From Mustelus asterias (lineage: Eukaryota): a stretch of DNA of 64,000 nt. Made by a program: the position numbers and the translations under genes. Under the pieces are notes generated by a model. That model was not told the origin of the DNA, ran no database searches, and saw nothing but the letters and a program-made list of their open reading frames with translations. The stretch covers positions 59,706,001 to 59,770,000 of the forward strand of contig NC_135804.1 of assembly GCF_964213995.1 (NCBI RefSeq), written 5' to 3'. Positions 50,195 to 63,497 of this stretch are shown piece after piece; the stretch's first letter is position 1; every line of letters starts with the position of its first letter.

Positions 50195-50933
50195 TTGGCG
50201 ATATAATCACTATTGGACCCGAAGATCAAGGTATATTGTGAAGCCAACTAGGCTCCAACAGTTTTTCTATTTTAACGTAAATGCGAGGAAAGGATGCCTT
50301 GCCTGCAGAGCAATTCCAGTAACAAATTTGGGATTTTAAAAAAATCGAAACAGGCTGTATTCGCACCGCAGTTTAAGGATAACTCCAACAAAAGGCAGCA
50401 TTTAACCTGCAACTATTGAACACTCTTTTAACATGAAAAGAAACAAGTCTTAATTTCTAACTCATCACCATTTCAGTTCCAAGTTATCAGCAGTCATCCC
50501 ATAGACTTGACCCCCAGTTTAATTGCAGTTAACAAACTCAGGCGCCCCTGCTTGAAATGTGGTAACAGTCATGAAGGATCCAAAGACTTTTCAGAGAGAG
50601 CTTGTAGGCTATATTTAAACAGTCCTCTCCAGCCACTGAACAAAGAAATATGTTTTTCTCTGCTAACCCCAGACTTGTTCCTCCAAATTCTAGTATCCCA
50701 TGACCATTTGGGCTTTACATCTAACCTTCATTTACTTTAATCAAAAGCCTTCGGGTCCTCTCTAGTTATAAGCTTAAAGCAATTAGCTTCATACTATGTA
50801 AATGCTGGAGCGTTAAATTGATGCTTTTCAGCTTCTGTTGTATTCCCTTCAGACATACCGACAGCTTTGAGAAAAAACACAACTTTAAACAGCTACAGTA
50901 ACATAAAATATATTAATGTTATGGTATCATCAC
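50195..50933 (-). mobile_element. Degenerate LTR-like repeat related to 32425-33060
   Basis: Shared blocks; the reverse strand begins TGTGATGATACC. Confidence 0.5.
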
Positions 50934-53159
50934 AATACGGTTAGGATGAATCTTAATTCAAGAGCCGAGCGCCAGTAGGGAACGTGGAGCGTGGCTGTAA
51001 ACTGTCCAACCAGAGAAAGCAAGCTCTGGCATCTAACATTCATTTGCTCTCGGTTAACCTGTCTGCAACGTATTCATATGTTTCAAGAATACAAAACAGT
51101 GTCAGACAATTCCCAACTGGATAAGGATTGCTGTCATTAAATTGCATGAGTTCATTCTGGTTTGTTACAAAATTAAATATATGTTAAGTAATCCAAGGCC
51201 TTCAGCATAACAATCGATAAAAGTATTTCTCCAACGTTCCCTAACATAATTTATTCAATTCAGGATCATTGGTGCTCCCCATCAAGTTTTAGAAGGTCAG
51301 ATTCATGTCCCCGAACCCGCCTGACAAAACGGTCAATTTCTCGACGGTAGAACCATGTGATCGAGATTAATTTTTATTTGCAACCAAGTGAAAAAAATTC
51401 CGGCCAGAAACCGGCATAAACAAATAATGATGATCAGCTGTAATCTCCAACCACAGGTCAGTCCTCTGTGGTGAACACTGTGACCTTGCTTCTCGCCGTC
51501 ATCTTTACCTTATTTTACAGGGCGGCCATTTCTTGGTTCCGTGAGGAAGTTTTACTCACTTGTAAGTGAGAGACGGAGAAGAGAAACAACAATGTGCTCA
51601 TTAGTTGAAAATGTAGCTGTCTGCTTTGTATGCTTCGGCAATCACGTTGAACAGATTGAGAATCTCTTCATTTATCTTACGCTTCGACAAAGTTTTAAAA
51701 GCCGTTGCATTTTGAGGCAAACATAAAGCCTCCAGGCACGTCGTCTTGTTATTTTGACCGTTCAAAACAAACATTCAAATGTCAGACAGCTCTCAGAAGC
51801 ACAAAAAACACAGGGACTTGAAACGACAGTCGTACAGGATATATAAATATGAATTTTCAATCACCTATCTGCCATCCGAATCAGTAGTCAACGGCAGTTC
51901 TTATCGCACCATCATGCGTCGCCCACCACGCATCTGAAAGGAAATAATGAAAGAAATGAAAGATAGAGAAACGGACAAGGCGAATAACGCGGAGCGTGGA
52001 GAATTCTGAAAGTGTGTCCTCATGTGTGAGGGTGAGAAATTGAGAGATGATATATGTAAAAAAGAAACAAGAGAAGGAAAATAGAAAGAGCATCTGCGAA
52101 ACAGATCGAGAGAAAAGTAACATCAAGGCAACAGTGAGATATAACAGAATCATGCAATCCGATTTAACAAATGCAACGCCACGGCTAAAATACAGCTTTC
52201 ATAACGATGTAACACAACCTGGACCTGAAATAAATAGATACTGTAACAAAAGTAACGCTTAGACCGACTAACTTCCACCTTCTCCAGAAGATGGCACTGA
52301 ACCGTTACACTGTAACCCGTGGTAATTGCAGCATGTTTCGGGGAGGGAGCGGGTAATAAGTCTATATTACGCAGCTACGTTTGAGTTGGCTTTGAGTTTG
52401 TTGAGTGAAGAGTGATCTGACACATGGTCGTATTGTTTTCATTCAATGGAGAGGTCAGTGGTAGAATGGTTTCATTTGAACTTCCAACTCATGTGAGAAA
52501 GTTCGTAAATTTGCGGCGTTTTGAACCTGGATGCGCGAATATAAAAGCGCCACGCGTCGCTACCAATAACTAATGTTAATATTTCATCAGATGCACCAAC
52601 TCATTTAGTTAAAGTATAAATCCTCTGTTTATAGACATGGTAGACTCTGAAAAATTTATAATGAAAGCAAGATATTGAAGATGCTGAGAGCCTAAAATTA
52701 AAATAGAAGATATTGGAAAACGAAGCTCGTCGGAACCCTCTGTGGGAGAAGAAATAAAGGTTACATTTTAGGTTTGCTGATTTCTTGATCACATCTTTGG
52801 ATAATGCTACGGCATTTTAAAGCTTTGTTTCCAATGAGAATTAAGACCGACGGTATCTCAGGTGAAATTGTCAGACAATTAGAGTACGATGGGATACAAT
52901 GCGCTTCAGCGCTCAGCGTGAATAATAGCGAAACCGCAGGACCGTCAACGAGAGTAGAACGATCCAGGCGGGAGGTGAGAAGCGTGATGGTAGCAGCACC
53001 GAGAGGAAGAGCACAGTGAGACAAGAGGGAGGAACAGTGGCTGCAGCAGCCCAGATGATGAGAGAAAACAAAAGTAAGAGAAGGATAAAAGAGTGACGAC
53101 AGCGGCACCGAGATGTTAAGAAGAGCAGAACAACAGCAAGACCGACACGTTAAAAATAA

Positions 53160-53830
53160 AAGTGTGACGTCGCAGGAAAGTGAGTATCTGATAGGTGGGT
53201 ATGGAATTTTTTTCTCTCTGAGCTACCGCTTCCTTTCAAATTAGAAGCGAGGAAAAAATGAAAATCAGATGGGTTAAGTAAAGCAGTGAACTAATGAGAG
53301 CATAAACAGCGAACAAGTGGAAAAGCATTAATATAAACAAGGTATTCAGTCGATAGCTAAGGAGGGAATGAAATGCTTTCTAGATCAAGGATCAACATCT
53401 GAGACCTATTGCTTGCAGTTCCTGCGCAATGAAGGAAATTTAGGATATTTCACATACCTAACGGTCATCAGCAGGGAATAGTTTTTTTTCCTGTATGGGA
53501 CATTCCAACATGCAGGTTTAGGGGGTCTTGAGTCTTTGGTTGTGTGGTGCTCTCTAATAGGTACTTACGTTACATATTTACGGATTGCTGGAAATGATAA
53601 TGCCTTGCAGCAGCACAGCATAAATCAAGGCAACAATGGGCAAGGAACTGATCAAGAGGGGCATTAATAAATAGAAATGCAGGAAGGAACAGGAAGGGAT
53701 TTTTGTACCCATCAATTTGCGATATGAGGGGCGTCTCCTCTCTCTGGTACTGCGGTAAAGGACATCGTGAAGGGTGTGCAGGACAATCCACTAAGGGAGT
53801 GCCTGAAGTATCGTATATATTGCTACCAAC
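53160..53830 (+). mobile_element. Very old CR1 5' remnant (ORF1 zinc-finger start)
   Basis: gcttgcagttcctgcgcaatg encodes a ACSSCAM-like motif, preceded by CR1-type 5'UTR sequence. Confidence 0.45.
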
Positions 53831-55024
53831 GAAATAGAGAGGTCCCCTATTGAGGGCTTACGTTTAAATTTTCAGGATCTACGGAGGAAAAATAGAACGT
53901 CAAATGTAATAATTCTGGTTTCCTCCCGGTGTGACATGATAATAAGCGCAGAAATGGGAAGGCTTGAGGTGTTTTCCAAAGGTGCTGCGGTGGGGTGTGC
54001 TAATTGGCTTCAGAATTCAGGGTGCGCTCAATCCCTCATTCGTCGATAATGGGCTACGACCTCTGGCCAATTGCTCTCCCAATACATAATAGCACGTAGC
54101 TACTCAGTGACCTCTTGGACACTGGCAGGAGTTGATTCTGGAAGCAACGGTTGGAAGTGGAGGGAGGGAGGGAGGGAGGGGCGCAGAATATCAACTCGGA
54201 ATCGCGTTTGAGGCCGGAGAGCTGCATGCCCCTTTCCATGACCCAGCCTTTCAGAATATTACTCCTCCTCCCCTGTAAGTATGGCCCATCTCCTCTATAA
54301 TGCACGTGCGTCTGGTTGCATTTTGCAGTGTAACCATCATTCTTATCAATATTGAGAACCGAATACCCATTGGAGATCGAGATTAATTCATGGGAAATCC
54401 ACAATATCTGTTTTGTCGCTCTTCACTGCCCGCAGTCACCCTTTCTGCCGACTCTTAAACTTTAGTTGAGCACCTCCACAAAAATCTTCTGCATCGAGCT
54501 CTCAGCTTCACAGATGCATCGCAGTGAAATCAGCTGCTGCTGCTTCAAATAGAAAGTATTTGAGTCCTCGAAATTGTTATCTAATTTCTGTATATTTTCT
54601 TTTTGATTCTGCAATAATTGTAAAAATAAAACCCAGAAATAATTGATTTACCGCAGTTGTTTCAATCATATTAATGCAGCAGCAAAATACTGATCATCTA
54701 CACATCCGGCTGCACGGAAACTGCCAAGAAATGTTCCGATTGACAATCGAAGATAGCTGCGTTTTCAAGATACTTGCGATGTACGAATTGCTTGGCATAG
54801 CTGCTTTTATTTTATAAGTTTGCGAATTGCTTTCCAACCATCTTCTGTAAAATCATAGACGATACATTTTAAAGAGAATGCAATCATCTCCACGTTTCAA
54901 AATTATCTTAGTTTCACTCGATGTTGCAACTGAAAATACATCTCTTGCCTCTGTTCAATGTCTCAATGCATTGGAACGAGATGGCTTGATAGCTCCTTGA
55001 AAATTACTTGCCAAGTATTCTCCA

Positions 55025-55520
55025 AAATACCATGGCACCGTGCATGACAGCTTTATATTGAGGAGCTCAGATGTCCCAGAGGAGGAGCCTAGGGTTCAGG
55101 GATGGCTTGTGGGGGTCATAGGGTACCCTCTTTGGACGTGGCTGATGACGCCTGTGCAGAGGCCAGAGACTGAAGCGGAGAGCTGATGTAATGGGGCCCA
55201 CGTTGCCAGCCAGTCAATCATGGATTGGTGCATTGGGCTCCGCAAAATGCGGTTCAGGTGAATTGACCGTTCTGGTGGGGCCCTCCAGTATAAACCCCGA
55301 ACATTGTTGCGCCTTTTGCTGGTAAACTGTGTCCTGCAGAATCTGGCACAGCACTGGGGAGGCATTCCGGATGAGGAGGAGGTCGAGGCGACCCTGCTGG
55401 GCGACGCAGGGAGGAGGTCGCCGAGGAGGACGTAGGGCGATGACCTAGGAGGATGAGGGCGACGATCAACATCACCCAGGTTCTCGAGCGCTGGTGGCAG
55501 CAAGGGTCAGGCATGCGAGT
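55025..55520 (+). pseudogene. Harbinger (HARBI1-like DDE) transposase C-terminal fragment
   Basis: YHGTVHDSFILRSS...GWLVGVIGYPLWTWLMTPV..PETEAES*CNGAH...MRFR*IDRSGGALQY; in-frame stops. Confidence 0.9.
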
Positions 55521-56510
55521 GTGGCTCGAGAGGCCCTCGGGAACTTTTGGGAACTAGGGGGCTTCTGTTGGCGTAGTGGGTTCCAATCCCCCCGCTTTGC
55601 CACTCCTCCAATCTCCTGCATCATTGTAACAATAGAGTACTTAGCCTGGGTACACTTTTTATCGAAATCATGTGGCAGGCAGGAGGTGATGACGACTCAC
55701 TATGCACTATTGTGATAATGCTCTGTTGCAATCTAGTTTGACTCCTACCTGAGCTCTGCATGCACGATGACATTGGGCCCTCATCTGGGTGGGGTAAGGG
55801 AGCACTACACATCGATGCAAGGCCGCGGCGGGCTGGGTGGGGTGGGGGGAGCGTCCCCCTTGTTCTGTGAATGCCATGGCAGATGTTATAAGTCACTGCC
55901 ACTGCATGCCACCCTCTGTAGCCAGTGAATGATTTGAACATCTTGATTTTCACACTAGCAGTGCACTGAGGGCCTTCACCCATGGACATCAACTTGTGGG
56001 TGCGTCAAGTGAAGGTCGGGTAAGTACATCCCTGTTGGAGGTTAATCAGAGACAGATTACTCACAGCTGTGGGGTGCAACAACATATATTAGTGCCCATA
56101 AAAGTGCCATCAAACTAACTGCTCATATATAACAAGTGCAAGTGAAACTTAACAGTGGTTAATTATTCTACCTTACTGATGCACCCCTTCACCCATGCCA
56201 TCTTTGTGCCATTTCAACTTCTTATCTTTATGTGGCCTGCCACTGCATCTCAGTGTCCCCCCACGATGTGCTTCGAAGGCGGAGGTGGCCGGCTGCTTAC
56301 CATGCCCCTGGCCTGTGATGCTGTTGGCGATCGTCCTCTGGAGTGCCTGGACCTTGAGGTCCCCAGCCAGCTTCCAGGTGTCACGTACATATCCATGCCA
56401 TTCTGTTCATCCCACTGCCCTTGAGACGCACTGATATCAGGTAGTGGGGAGTCGGAATGTGTAGTCACTGCTGCAGTCTTCTGGGTGGAAGGCCCCAACA
56501 TGGAATCAAC

Positions 56511-58232
56511 GGAATTATGCTTGGAGCCCAAAGAAGTAGGGGAGATCCTAAATGAATACTTTGCCTCGGTATTCACAAAGGAGAGGGATGTGTTGACTGG
56601 GAGTGTCTCGGAGGGGAGTGTTGAACCGTTGGAGAAAATCTCCATTACAAAGGAGGAAGTGTTAGGTTTGTTTGAGAATATAAAGACTGACAAATCCCCA
56701 GGGCCTGATGGAATCTATCCAAGGCTGCTCAGGGAGACGAGAGATGAAATCGTTGGGCCTCTGATGCAAATCTTTGTCTCGCCACTGGACGCAGGTGAGG
56801 TCCCAGAGGATTGGAGGATAGCTAATGTGGTCCCGTTATTTAAGAAGGGTAGGAAGGATAACCCGGGTAATTATAGGCTGGTGAGCTTGACGTCCGTGGT
56901 GGGGAAGTTGTTGGAGAAGATTCTTAGAGATAGGATGTATGCACATTTAGAAAGGAATAAACTCATTAACGATAGTCAGCATGGTTTTGTGAGAGGGAGG
57001 TCATGCCTCACTAACCTGGTGGAGTTTTTTGAAGAAGTGACCAAAATGGTTGACGAGGGAAGGGCCGTGGATGTCGCCTATATGGACTTTAGTAAAGCGT
57101 TTGACAAAGTCCCTCATGATAGGCTGGTGAAAAAGGTTGGATCTCATGGGATAAAGGGGGAGGTGGCTAGATGGGTGGAGAACTGGCTTGGTCACAGAAG
57201 ACAGAGGGTGGTAGTGGAAGGGTCTTTTTCCGGCTGGAGGCCTGTGACTAGTGGTGTTCCGCAGGGCTCTGTATTGGGACCTCCACTGTTTGTGATTTAT
57301 ATAAATGATCTGGAAGCAGGTGTAACTGGGGTGATCAGTAAGTTTGCGGACGACATGAAATTGGCAGGACTTGCAGATAGTGAGGAGCATTGTCAGAAGG
57401 ATATAGATAGGCTGGAAATTTGGGCAAAGAAATGGCAGATGGAGTTCAATCCTGATGAATGCGAAGTGATGCATTTTGGTAGAAATAATGTCGGGAGGAG
57501 CTATACGATAAATGGCAGAACCATAAAGGGTGTAGGTACGCAGAGGGACCTGGGTGTGCAAGTCCACAGATCCTTGAAGGTGACGTCACAGGTGGAGAAG
57601 ATGGTGAAGAAGGCATATGGCATGCTTGCCGTTATAGGACGGGGCATAGAGTATAAAAGTTGGGGTCTGATGTTGCAGATGTATAGAACGTTGGTTCGGC
57701 CGCATTTGGAATACTGCTTCCAGTTCTGGTGGCCACACTACCAGAAGGACGTGGAGGCTTTGGAGAGAGTACAGAGGAGGTTTACCAGGATGTTGCCTGG
57801 TATGGAGGGGCTTAGTTATGAGGAGAGATTGGGTAAACTGGGGCTGTTCTCCCTGGAAGGACGGAGGATGAGGGGAGACTTGATAGAGGTGTATAAAATT
57901 ATGAAAGGCATAGATAGGGTGAACGGTGGGAAGCTTTTCCCCAGGTCGGTGGTGACGTTCACGAGGGGTCATAGGTTCAAGGTGAAGGGGGGGAGGTTTA
58001 ACACAGATATCAGAAGGACATATTTTACACAGAGGGTGGTGGGGGCCTGGAATGCGCTGCCAGGAAAGGTGGTGGAGGCGGACACACTGGGAACGTTTAC
58101 GACTTATCTAGACAGCCATATGAACGGAGTTGGAATGGAGGGATACAAAAGAATGGTCTAGTTTGGACCAGGGAGCGGCGCGGGCTTGGAGGGCCGAAGG
58201 GCCTGTTCCTGTGCTGTATTGTTCTTTGTTCT
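56511..58232 (+). mobile_element. Young 5'-truncated CR1 LINE with an open RT frame (56511-58161), inserted in the Harbinger
   Basis: Uninterrupted ~550-aa frame with [21 protein letters not shown]; tail ttgttctttgttct; candidate TSD AAC (56508-56510 / 58233-58235). Confidence 0.95.
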
Positions 58233-58610
58233 AACCCTTCCTCCTCCCTCTGGGTTGCTGTAGGCCCTAGTTCACTCCATGGGATGGCAGTGCTTCTGCA
58301 ATGAGCTCCAGAAGATCCGGTGTCAAATGGCCCGGCCAGTCCTGGAGGACCAATTGCATTCTTGCCATGGTGGGCGTGCCCTGAGCGATGGCCCTCTGAG
58401 TCTGGGGCCATCTGCCAGTGACAAGCACCAAATGCCCTCTGACACGGGGCTACGCTCTTTAGCTCTTCAGCCATGGTGGCTGGGCCACATTCTCAAGGTC
58501 TGCTTCATAGCGAACTGTGTTTCAGCATATCCCGCTGGGTCACCTGCATGCTCTCGAGCCTCTCAGTCATAGGATGCAGAATCTCAGGAAGACTGTTGAG
58601 GCCCTCAACT

Positions 58611-58707
58611 ATAGCCTGCTGTGAGTCAGTCATGGCCTGCTGTGACTCAGCCGTGGCCCACTGTGACTCAGTCATAACCCTCTGGGTCTCCATAGTGGCC
58701 TGCTGTC
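58611..58707. repeat. Imperfect 21-bp tandem repeat encoding heptads in the Harbinger Myb gene
   Basis: atagcctgctgtgagtcagtc / atggcctgctgtgactcagcc / gtggcccactgtgactcagtc; the reverse frame reads MTESQWA TAESQQA MTDSQQA. Confidence 0.75.
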
Positions 58708-59819
58708 AATAAGCCATCACTTCGACTCAGCCACTCATGCTGATGATTTCCTGGCGCAGGTATTTCACTGTGGATGTCACCCTTGAAGTGATGGCCTGGG
58801 AACCACACAAGACTGGCAATAGCTGATCCACCTGAAAGCTTTGGGACTCCCTGCAACAGCCTCACAGTTGGTCTCGTGCTGCTGCCAGCCCTTACTGCTT
58901 TCCTTAGCTCGGTTGCTGCATCTCCAGCAGCTGAGCGAGAAGTGATCACCGAAGCCAAGCATGTAGCATGGGGCCAGCTGTGTCTCGCCTCTGGCGGGTC
59001 CCGTGTGCCGGAGATCTCGGACTTTCCCTCCTCCACCCAACGTACATCAGCAGATGTATGGTGTCCACGACAGAGTGACCCAGATGCCTCACCATTAGCT
59101 TGACCCATCGATGTGAGAGTCTCTGGGATGGTGAACTGCAAGGTGGAAGCTGACGCGAAGCTGGAGTTGGCCTTGGTGGTCCCAACATCGCTTCGGCTGA
59201 GGAGTCTTCCGAACTGTCTTGAGGAGAATGGGTGGAGCAGCGGAGGGCGGGGGGAGGGAGCGGGGGGGGGGGGGGGGGGGGGCGGGGGTGGGGGGGTGGG
59301 CGGGGGAGGGGGGGCGAGAGGGGCAGATGGGCCTGGCGGACCTGGGTCCCTTCATGCAACACTGCGTGCAAGGAAGGGACAGGGATCTGGACTGCATGCA
59401 ATTCACTTCAGATATCTCCAAAGTGGAGGATTAGCAGGTGCTCACTTCTATGCTCCAGCCCAACCTGGCTGTTGCATTTGCTGTGGATCCTCTCCTCTCC
59501 AGTCAACTCCAGTGCCCACTCCTCAATTGCGGTGAGGACCTGGACATCAGGCACACCACCTCCTGTCTTTACCCTCCCACAGCGGTTTTGGGCGTTCTTC
59601 TCCTGTGGCGACAGAAGGAGCCCTGGAAATTCTGGTGGCAGTAGTCCTGCATGGTGTCAAGCGGTAGACCTCAGAGGAGAAGGGTGTGAGACCTTTGGGG
59701 AATGTGGGGTTGGAAGGAGGAGCTAGCGGGTCAGGGGCCTGAAGAAAGCAGTGTGCCGGGGGTGGGGTAGATCTTAGGGTCACTGAGAGGAAAGATGCTC
59801 AGACATGTTTAACACTCAC

Positions 59820-60089
59820 TCTTACTGCCCAGTTTAGGTCATTCAGTTTCCTCTGGCACTGTTTTTCAGTTCTCCTTCCCAGTGCCCTCGTACTGCCACA
59901 TGCTGCCACCGTCTTCCAGGCTGCATTGCCATCCGTTTCCCTGGGCAGCAATCTGCTGGGGGAGGGGGGGGGGGCGGTGGTAAGGGTGGGGGGGGGGGGC
60001 GAAAGGGTCTCCCTTCCAGCCTCGACCACATTAAGCAACCTGGCAAGAGGTGTATCAGACAAACGGGGGGCTGTCTTCCATGAGGCCAT
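59820..60089 (-). pseudogene. Harbinger Myb/SANT-like DNA-binding protein, first exon; downstream exons decay toward ~58250
   Basis: APRLSDTPLARLLNVVEAGRETL...AAWKTVAA...RRTEKQCQRKLNDL, followed by donor gtgag. Confidence 0.85.
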
Positions 60090-61489
60090 CTGCCTGTCTG
60101 TCTGTCCACCCTGCGGGCGTGTATGGAGCTCTAATTTGTTAAGACAGATCAGCTGCAGTTTGGGCGAATCAGGCGCCCATGAGAGCATTCCAGCGAGTTG
60201 AATGCAATTTGCCTTGTTGTCATGTCGGGGAAGCCAAGTCAGCACTTGCAGGTGTGCTGAAGGGGAGGGGGGGGGGGGTGGGCGGCGGGGAGGGAGTCGG
60301 AGGAGTGGGGGAGCAATGTGCCTCTGTGATGTTGGGGCAAGGAGAGAGAGAGATTTATGTCACTGAGCGATCGGGAGCAGAGGTTGTTGAGGGGGCCATT
60401 TGCAAAGGGGCCCGGCCGAGGGTGTGGAGTGGCGTGGGCGGGTAAGTGGGTTGCAAATATTGGGGGGTCCTCGGTGACCGTTGGGGGGAGCCCGGCCTTA
60501 TTCGGTCCCGGTGGGCCTATGTTTTGGAGATTTTTCTGCAAATGTGCAGTTTGTGGCTCCGATTTGAGCTGCAGGTTGGCTGGCGAGTTATGTCCCGCCG
60601 ACTGCATCTCATAGAATCATAGAAGAATCATTGAAACCCTACAGTACAGAAAGAGGCCATTCGGCCCATGGAGTCTGCACCGTGGACATAAATTTAACCC
60701 CGTGCATCGTGGCTGGAAACGTTCTAGCCCATTTTTTCAATGTCTAACTCTTCAGACTGGGAGTAAAAACTCGCCCAAAAAACTGATCTGAAACTCTTCC
60801 ATTTTCACGCGAGGTGAACACTTAAAATGCTTCTTGTAAACTTCCGCCCATGGAGCTTTTTTTTGTTTGAAAGCTCATACCGCAGGATATTGAATCTTGG
60901 GAACAGAATCGATGGGAACTTACAAAGTGGAATTGGATATATTGTTGAGAAGGAGAAAAATTCACGACTTTCGGTAAGAGTGCAAAAGTAAGCCTAATTA
61001 ACTTTCAAAACGTTGGCATTGTCGCAAGAGGGTGCAGGTTTTTATTTCGTGTTGCAAGTTGCAACGCTTTTCCGGGGCCAAATGGACCGATGCAGATGTG
61101 TGTGACATAAACATATCTGTAACTTTCTTTCAGTACATGATGGAAAAATTCATTGAATTAAGCTGCACCCTTTTAGCATCACGTGTGCACTTTCACTATA
61201 CGTTATACTGCAGTAACAGGAAACATAAATTATCACGCAGCTTTTACAGTATGAATCGTCAAAAAGGAGCACGAATTATTGATTTGTAAAATATATTTTT
61301 TCTCTTGCGTTCATTTATTCTGATTCTTCGGTACAGCAACTGGAAGCGACCCGTAAGTGAGCTCGTCTCGTCCTTGTTGAGTCAGTAATCGATATCTAAA
61401 AATATTGTTCATAGGCAATTTGGGAGGTCCTGTCGGCTACTATCAAACATCCATCAAAACGTCACATAAAAATCCATATCTACTTAAAT

Positions 61490-61815
61490 CCTCATTGGTC
61501 TGGTTAACCTGGTTCAAATTTCACCAGGCTAATAGTAAAACTTGAATCCCATAAAATCTGGAATGAAATGTCTAACGACGATCATGAAACAATTCTCGAT
61601 TATCACCAAACCCCATGAGATTCACTAATGTGGAAGGGCATTTGCCAGCCTTACCTGCTCCGGGCTACATGTAACTCCAGATCGACAACAATGTGGCTGG
61701 CTCTCAAATATACTCTGAAATGGCCTGGCAAGCCGCTCAGTTCAAGGGCAATTAGGGAGGAAGAATAAATGCCGGTCAGCCAGCGAAGCCAACATCCCAT
61801 TAATAAATAAGAATA
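61490..61815 (+). mobile_element. SacSINE1-like Deu-SINE remnant (other pieces at ~1975-2110, ~25290-25400, ~30750-30830, 63890-64000)
   Basis: Core ctctgaaatggcctggcaagccgctcagttcaagggcaattaggga...aataaatgccgg...catcccat. Confidence 0.65.
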
Positions 61816-63329
61816 AATCACTCCAACAAAATCTTCCAGAAAAGTATAAACGTTATTCTCGCATGATAGTTTATGTTACACTGGTGTTCTATGTTACTTT
61901 TTAATTTGTTACTCAGTCCCACCTGAGCGTAGAAGCCGATCATCATTAAATATTTATCTTGGAGCCTTTCTGGTTCTGCTGAGATCTAATGCAACAACAT
62001 GTACGTTCTCAAACGTTGTTCCGTGCAGGGTCAGAAAGAAAAGGCTTGTTTATGTTGGTGGTTCAGAGTGTTCAGCAGCATATACATTGCTGACCAAACT
62101 TCGGATGGATTGACCTGAACGGGAGAACAACTGGGGAGGCAATAATTCACGCACAAAGCGTAGAGTTAGCCCACTCAATGACAATGGAGGGAGGTTATGC
62201 GTGGGGCAGCAGAATGAGTATATTCGTAACACAATTAACATCAAAACCACCACATGATGGGAGGATTTGAGAAATTGGGGAATTCATGTAAATATTTATC
62301 CATGGGCTAAGATTATATCTCATGTATTGGCCTTTGAAGCATCAGAAGATGGAGTGTAATTGATGGACATAACACCTGGTTGATCGCAGATGAGAAAACA
62401 CCATCAAGTGCTACGTCATTTGCCGGAATATTGCAATCGCTGCTTTACTTTGTGATCCCTGTGAGAAGAACTGATAAGAGCTGAAGTTGATTTGGGGAAA
62501 GACTGCATAACAGGCCTCCAGAGAATGGAATGTTGTTAAAAAATAAATTTAAACAGACGTTGCCTTAGAGACTCACCGTTTACATATTAAAAATTATAAT
62601 TATCATGTTATTAATATCATTAGTCAATATTTTAAAAACGTTGTATTAACACAATACTTGTCATAGTCACTCATTCCTGCTGTGTCAAACAGTACGGCTT
62701 CGAACATAAGTGAGACTCTAAAAGGGACAATCTGTTCTCATGACATTGCCTCAAACTCTGCAGTGAGGGTTCGGCGGAGCTGCATAAGTTGCTCCTATGC
62801 TCCTCTTGCACGGTTGGACGTAACTACAAATGCAAGTGAGTGGTGTTCTGGCGAATCCCGCAACTTGTACATACTCCGCGATCCCCCACCCTCCTCTCCA
62901 AATCCTTCCCCTCCACAACCGCGAGGCGGTGCCGGAATGGAGTGATATGGGCGATGGGCGTATGGGCACACCATGTTACCCTCGAAGCCACACAGCATCC
63001 GGATTTGGAACAATACCACTCGTGCTTCACTGTCACTGGGCCAAAAACCAAGAACTTTCTTTCTAACAGCATTGTGAGTATACTCTCATCAGTTGCACTG
63101 CACCCTTCAACGTCAACTTCTGAACAAGTACAGATACACAACAATTGATGCCCATGTGAGGACCCGATCCCATGAAAGAATGTAAAGAAATCTGGCGCTT
63201 ACAAGGCGGCTGGCCCTCACTTGCAGTAGGCATGCTTTACACAGAAGCCATGCTTTACACAGAAGCCTTTCCAGTTGTCTATTTCTGATATTCCAGCAAT
63301 CCTTGGATTGCCCTGTGTTATTTTTTCTC

Positions 63330-63497
63330 CATGATGGGGAGATGCCGGCGTTGGAGTGGGGTAAACACAGTAAGAAGTCTCACAACACCAGGTTAAAGGC
63401 CGACAGGTTTATTTGGTAGCAAAAGCCACTAACTTTCGGAGCGCTCGCTGCTCCTTCGTCAGGTTGGACTTTAACCTGATGTTGTGAGACTTCTTAC
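63330..63497 (-). mobile_element. 168-bp Penelope-derived insertion with inverted arms, hammerhead core and 12-bp TSD
   Basis: TSD TTATTTTTTCTC (63318-63329 / 63498-63509); 36-bp inverted repeat 63369-63404 vs 63463-63498 (3 mismatches); reverse strand CTGACGA-A-GGAGC-agcgagc-GCTCC-GAAA. Confidence 0.85.

Larger units (their letters stand above)
55020..60776. mobile_element. Decayed PIF/Harbinger DNA transposon (left part missing) with convergent transposase and Myb/SANT genes
   Basis: Transposase C-terminus on +, Myb/SANT on -, GC-rich body. The right end (~60730-60776) is uncertain. Confidence 0.85.
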
